Source: a virus
IMG/VR virus record: IMGVR_UViG_3300032287_003731
Coordinates: 32,954 to 96,953 of that record
Length of the DNA stretch: 64,000 nucleotides
Reading direction: 5' to 3' (one strand)
A program made the translations under genes and the position numbers. Positions 60,088-64,000 of this stretch are shown piece by piece. How positions within the stretch are numbered: the first letter of the stretch is position 1; each line of letters begins with the position of its first letter. The notes under the pieces were generated by a model. It was given only the letters and a program-made list of their open reading frames with translations. It did no database searches and was not told where the DNA came from.

Positions 60088-60533
60088 TATTTACCTTTTT
60101 TAGATTCCTTATCTTCTTTAGGTTCTTTTTCTTCTTTTTCTTCTTTAGGTTCTTCTTTTTTCTTAGTTGATTTTTTCTTTTTAGCTTCGACTTGTGGTTC
60201 AACTAAACCAATCATTTCTTTAATCTTTTGAGTTTCAGCTGTTACTTTACTTTCTACTTCGGTAATTTGATTATTAATCATTTCAGCTAATTTACCATGA
60301 GCAGCTTTAATTTTAGCCATTTCATTAACAAAACGCTGTAAATGAGCAAACTCAACTACTGGTTCAGCAGTACTTTCGTTAATAGCATATTGAGCTAAAG
60401 CTTCTTTCATTGCTTTTAAACTCGTTAATTCTTTTTTAAGTTCAACTAATTTACCACCGCTTTTTTTAGGACCTTCTTTTTTCACTTCAGCAATTACTTC
60501 TCTAACTGCTTGACGTATTTCATTAATTGTCAT
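60087..60533 (-). CDS. Coiled-coil putative internal protein
   Basis: INEIRQAVREVIAE leader; Lys/Glu tail. Confidence 0.65.
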   Translation of the reverse strand: MTINEIRQAVREVIAEVKKEGPKKSGGKLVELKKELTSLKAMKEALAQYAINESTAEPVVEFAHLQRFVNEMAKIKAAHGKLAEMINNQITEVESKVTAETQKIKEMIGLVEPQVEAKKKKSTKKKEEPKEEKEEKEPKEDKESKKGK

Positions 60534-60577
60534 TTTAATTTGTATTTTAATTGTGTTTTATGTGTATAAATATTAAT

Positions 60578-60997
60578 TTATTTTGTTTTTCCCCATGATT
60601 TACCTTTACCTGGGTCGCCACATTGTGATGGTGTTGGGCGGCATGATGGGTATTTAGCTCGTTTTTCACCTTTTTGTCTACCACATGGTTTACATTTTTT
60701 CTTTCCATCTACTTCACGGCATGTGTTACAATCAACCCAACCGCCCGTTTTGCCTGGAGCGCCTTTACGTTTAAACCAAGTGCGGAGTGTTTCTTTTTGT
60801 TTTTCAGTTAGTTGATCAATATCATCTTCACCAATAAAAAACGCTTCAGATTTAATTCCTTTCCAAATATCACCTTTACGACATCTTACAATAGCACCTG
60901 ATTTGTATGCTGATGGTTTACTATAGCGACGATCAGCAATGCGTTTGCAGCGATCTTCTAATAGTATTTCTTTTAATATGTCGGTTAGTTTGATCAC
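60578..60997 (-). CDS. Basic Cys-rich protein with MIKLTDILKE leader
   Basis: PSAYKSGAIVRCRK and LRTWF...WVDCN...CGR...YPSCRPT modules. Confidence 0.7.
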   Translation of the reverse strand: MIKLTDILKEILLEDRCKRIADRRYSKPSAYKSGAIVRCRKGDIWKGIKSEAFFIGEDDIDQLTEKQKETLRTWFKRKGAPGKTGGWVDCNTCREVDGKKKCKPCGRQKGEKRAKYPSCRPTPSQCGDPGKGKSWGKTK

Positions 60998-61254
60998 GAT
61001 TTATAGATCTTTAATTGTAATTTACCACTACCTTTAATTACTCTATGCCAGCAGTGTCTTGGTATAAATATAGACTTATTTAATGATGTTGGCAATTCAT
61101 TGTCAAGTTGTACTTGCCAATTAGTTTTTCCTATAATTTCTATTGTGCGATTTTCATCATCACGATGCCAAAGCAATTCAACAGGATCTATATTTTCATC
61201 GAATTCACGTATAGTGTATTCGGATGTAGTTTCGATGTCTGTGTATGGTTTCAT
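60994..61254 (-). CDS. Small cupin-like protein
   Basis: WHRDDENR, IFIP..CWHRVIKG. Confidence 0.7.
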   Translation of the reverse strand: MKPYTDIETTSEYTIREFDENIDPVELLWHRDDENRTIEIIGKTNWQVQLDNELPTSLNKSIFIPRHCWHRVIKGSGKLQLKIYKS

Positions 61255-61259
61255 ATATA

Positions 61260-61910
61260 TTATAAATATTCAACTTTATACTGTTTATTTTTAATAGTTT
61301 GTGCTTTTCCAATAAGTTGACATCTTACTGTTTCTGGATTTATTTGTAGATCAATTGCTAATTCATAGTAATTAGAGTAGGTTTTAATATATTTTCCTTC
61401 AACAGTATATAAAGCTACTTGTTTTCCTTTACCTTTATTAGGACTAATTCTACCTTTATGAGCAGCGGTTACTCCTGGTTTAGGACCGTCTAATTTACCT
61501 TTTTTAGAGTTAGGTTTACCTAGTTTTGCTACACGTATTTTTTCAATTTGCTCTTGTGGAAGTTTACGTCCTTTTAGTTTATTACTAGTTCTAAGTCTCC
61601 CTTCTAAAGGATGAATCGTTCCTTTATTAGATTTACTTATTTTTTGTTTAGTAGATTCTTTAACTACTTCTGGGCCCCCTCCTCCTGAATTTTTATTAAT
61701 TATGTTATAACCTAAATTTTTAAAAAGAGTTATATAATGTTTTTCCCAATATCTCCAATCATCTACATTATCTATAATTTCTAGTATAATAGAATCGTTA
61801 TTTAATTTTTTTCGATGTGCTCTTTCTCTTTGTTGGGGATTATTTTTTGTTTTTCCAACATAAAAGGGAATTTTATCCCCTTTATGTAAATAATATATTA
61901 TTGTTTCCAT
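61260..61910 (-). mobile_element. Free-standing GIY-YIG-like homing endonuclease
   Basis: IIYYL...PFYVGKT, WEKHYI, N.NSGGGG, NUMOD-like Lys-rich repeats. Confidence 0.85.
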
Positions 61911-61931
61911 ATATTAATAAATATATTGGAT

Positions 61932-62567
61932 TTACCAATAACCGCTGAAAGTTGTTTTAAAGCCTAGCAGCTTTGCAAACCTTGGCAATCTACAACTCCA
62001 ATATGAAGCTTTAGTTCTATCTTTTTTCTGGGCACATTTATGGCGAGCGGCAAATGCGCGGCGTGCTTGTGGATTGTTTAGTTTAGCTCTTAATCCACCC
62101 GCGTCACCAAATGATACTTTTTTAATTCCACCACCTGGTTTACGAACATAAACGTAAAATTTCTTTGAACCGCCGCGTTTTGGTTTACCGATTGGAGGTG
62201 TTTTTTTCTTTTTATCTGCTTCTTTTAATTCTTTAGCTTCAGTTAATGATATTAACTCGTCTAAGCTAATAACATAATCTAAAGGTACTCTCATACCATT
62301 ATATACTCCAAATTCACCTATATTTGATTCTAATAATTCAGCATCATCTTCAGTTACTGAAAGTAATCCTTTATTGTATAATTCACGTGCTTCACGAAAT
62401 AAAGAGAAATAATTTTCAGATAAAGGACGATATATGTTATTAATTAACATTCTACCTTCTTTAAGATGATATATTAAACCTTCAGATAATATCATATCTT
62501 TAGATTCATTTATAAGTTGAGGACCATTACATCCACAATCTTCAGTTAATAATTCTGTATTTTCCAT
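61932..62567 (-). CDS. Two-domain hypothetical virion-associated protein
   Basis: Acidic N-domain with LTE/INE/LSE/LKE sites; basic C-domain KKFYVYV...KKVSFG...FAARHKC...YWSC. Confidence 0.7.
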   Translation of the reverse strand: MENTELLTEDCGCNGPQLINESKDMILSEGLIYHLKEGRMLINNIYRPLSENYFSLFREARELYNKGLLSVTEDDAELLESNIGEFGVYNGMRVPLDYVISLDELISLTEAKELKEADKKKKTPPIGKPKRGGSKKFYVYVRKPGGGIKKVSFGDAGGLRAKLNNPQARRAFAARHKCAQKKDRTKASYWSCRLPRFAKLLGFKTTFSGYW

Positions 62568-63229
62568 TATGATAATGATTTTAACATTTCAATTAATTTA
62601 GGTTGAGGGGATACGTCTACTTTATCTATTCTAACTGAATTGTGAGTATATAGTCCTGGTTCTCCTCTTAAAGCTCTAGAGGTAATATCCCATATATCAG
62701 GGTTATATGATATAGGAATATTATATTCTTTGTTCCAAGCTATTAATAGTTCTTTAGTAGAAGCTATTTGAGCATCAGTGTATGCATGATAAAATTTGAA
62801 ACCACGATGAGCAACGGGTAATTCTACAACTTCTTCTTTTGGAACTTCTCTATTAACATAATTATAAAATTTACCATTTTTATATGTTAATTGACCCCAA
62901 TTGCATATTTCAATACCTATTGATGTTTTATCTAAGGATCTGTAAGGTATTTGACATTTTTGAAATGTAGATTCTTTAAGACCTAAATGATAGGCCCAAT
63001 ATTTAACATTAAATCCCTGGGCTACTTCCCCATCTATCCAACTGTTACTAGTTCCTGGTTTGCCACCTATGGTAACACAAGTAGCAATTCGTTCCTTATT
63101 AGTTCCCCAATCTTTAAATACAGCAATGGGGTTTGAATTACCTGCGGTATGATGAAGATATATTTGAGTTTTTTTATACTCTTCTTTTATGTATTGATCT
63201 GAAGGAAAAGATACTTGGGTTATTTTCAT
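62567..63229 (-). CDS. N-acetylmuramoyl-L-alanine amidase (endolysin)
   Basis: IYLHHTAG, WAYHLG, SIGIEICN, YTDAQI, THNSVR.DK.D..P. Start reassigned to MKITQ (63229) to avoid overlap. Confidence 0.88.
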   Translation of the reverse strand: MKITQVSFPSDQYIKEEYKKTQIYLHHTAGNSNPIAVFKDWGTNKERIATCVTIGGKPGTSNSWIDGEVAQGFNVKYWAYHLGLKESTFQKCQIPYRSLDKTSIGIEICNWGQLTYKNGKFYNYVNREVPKEEVVELPVAHRGFKFYHAYTDAQIASTKELLIAWNKEYNIPISYNPDIWDITSRALRGEPGLYTHNSVRIDKVDVSPQPKLIEMLKSLS

Positions 63230-63236
63230 AAAAAAA

Positions 63237-63473
63237 TTATTTTGCGTGCCACCAGTTACAGCAATATTCATCTGCAGGAGCAGGTATTTTAGCATCACCA
63301 TTTCTCCATTTTAACCAATATTTGTTGTTACATAAATTACCTTCTTTAATCCAATATTCACAGTTAGTACACATTGAACCGCCTTTAGTTACACGCATGC
63401 CTGGTTTATGATTAGCAGGATATTCAACAGGTCTTTCTTTAGCTTCATTTATAAGATCTAATAATTTATGCAT
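63237..63473 (-). CDS. Small Cys-rich protein with MHKLLDLINE leader
   Basis: CTNC...C...CC.WW. Confidence 0.65.
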   Translation of the reverse strand: MHKLLDLINEAKERPVEYPANHKPGMRVTKGGSMCTNCEYWIKEGNLCNNKYWLKWRNGDAKIPAPADEYCCNWWHAK

Positions 63474-63474
63474 A

Positions 63475-63777
63475 TTATTTTGGTTTAAATGCTTTTTCTA
63501 ATTTAGCGTTTTCTTCAGATAAGTATTCTACTTTAACTCGCAGTTCAGCTACTTCTGATGTTAGTTTTATAATTAAATTACGTAATTCATTTTTTTCTTC
63601 AGATGATTCTTCTAAAAGTGCTTCTAACTTAGCAATTCTATCTTTACAATCATGTCTAATAAAATCTTCATCTCTTTCTCTTCTTTGTGCTCTTTGTTCA
63701 TAATATCGAAAAGCAGTTGTTCCTCCTAAAATAGTTATAGCAGTAACTAAAACAGTCCACATATTGTTTGTTTCCAT
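63475..63777 (-). CDS. Single-TM coiled-coil protein (holin/lysis candidate)
   Basis: N-terminal hydrophobic helix then heptad repeat; near the amidase. Confidence 0.55.
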   Translation of the reverse strand: METNNMWTVLVTAITILGGTTAFRYYEQRAQRRERDEDFIRHDCKDRIAKLEALLEESSEEKNELRNLIIKLTSEVAELRVKVEYLSEENAKLEKAFKPK

Positions 63778-63813
63778 ACTTTATTTAATAGTTAAATTAA
63801 TTACCTATAAATA

Positions 63814-64000
63814 TTATGGAGAAATATGGTCTTTAAGTTTAGTTACATATTCTTGTAATTCCTGTATTATTTTTTGTTTATCAATACCTTTACCAGCCCA
63901 TTTTTCAATATCACCTTGTTCAGTAACAAATTCTTCATTATTATCTTCTAATGCTATTTCTAAAATTAAGTCTTCAACATCTTTAATATGAGTTTTAACA
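63814..64000 (-). CDS. 3' end of a hypothetical gene entering from the window edge
   Basis: Open frame ...EFVTEQGDIEKWAGKGIDKQKIIQELQEYVTKLKDHISP*. Confidence 0.6.
   Translation of the reverse strand, partial: VKTHIKDVEDLILEIALEDNNEEFVTEQGDIEKWAGKGIDKQKIIQELQEYVTKLKDHISP

Larger units (their letters stand above)
1566..63814 (-). promoter_or_regulatory. Dispersed ATATTTAT motif (~30 copies), putative late promoter
   Basis: Plus-strand ATAAATAT starting at 1566, 2609, 3192, 3953, 5772, 6804, 13156, 21581, 27538, 31904, 32598, 35538, 37420, 39521, 41446, 42136, 43736, 46122, 50814, 52043, 53685, 55079, 55557, 56265, 56660, 60566, 61262, 61917, 63807; each shortly upstream of a minus-strand start. 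Confidence 0.8.

Noticed and set aside
20257-60202. Short minus-strand ORFs nested out of frame (20257, 23918, 25291, 42426, 42735, 56715, 59987)
   Set aside because: They lie inside longer genes and have no independent support.
1041-63991. All plus-strand ORFs in the track
   Set aside because: They are antisense shadows of well-supported minus-strand genes, with no motifs or plausible starts.
1-64000. Stop-codon reassignment
   Set aside because: Core genes are full length in the standard code, and TAA, TAG and TGA all end genes.

Overview
A 64-kb, AT-rich segment of a large T4-like (contractile-tailed) bacteriophage. All supportable genes are on the minus strand. The host is probably Bacteroidota: no Shine-Dalgarno sites, A-rich translation starts, TAnnTT(T/A)A promoter boxes and D-[ST]-hydrophobic sequons in a membrane protein. 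In transcription order the window holds an amidase/lysis and small-protein region; an accessory block (exonuclease, pyrimidine-dimer glycosylase-like gene, a split FAD oxidoreductase, NadR-like kinase, VWA-peptidase plus AAA ATPase, DUF6884-like gene); then terminase, portal, prohead protease, scaffold, major capsid, PhoH, neck and tail-completion genes, three giant repetitive fibre genes, sheath, tube, a tail chaperone/hub gene with a probable +1 frameshift, and the start of the tape measure gene. Six free-standing homing endonuclease genes are interspersed. The most notable signal is a candidate modular capsid-cargo system. At least six unrelated small proteins begin with an R[MW]QxLAGI leader that matches the scaffold C-terminus (RWQMLAGI) and is bracketed by T4-gp21-type [ILM]xE cleavage sites. 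Four of these genes sit in repeat-delimited cassettes: a tandem array with a 26-bp hairpin repeat, and a promoter-gene-terminator unit between 36-bp direct repeats. Two promoter-like motifs are visible: ATATTTAT (about 30 copies, the reverse complement of the T4 late promoter) and GGCAAAA-N9-TAnnTT(T/A)A. Functional calls come from motif recognition and synteny only; no searches were run.
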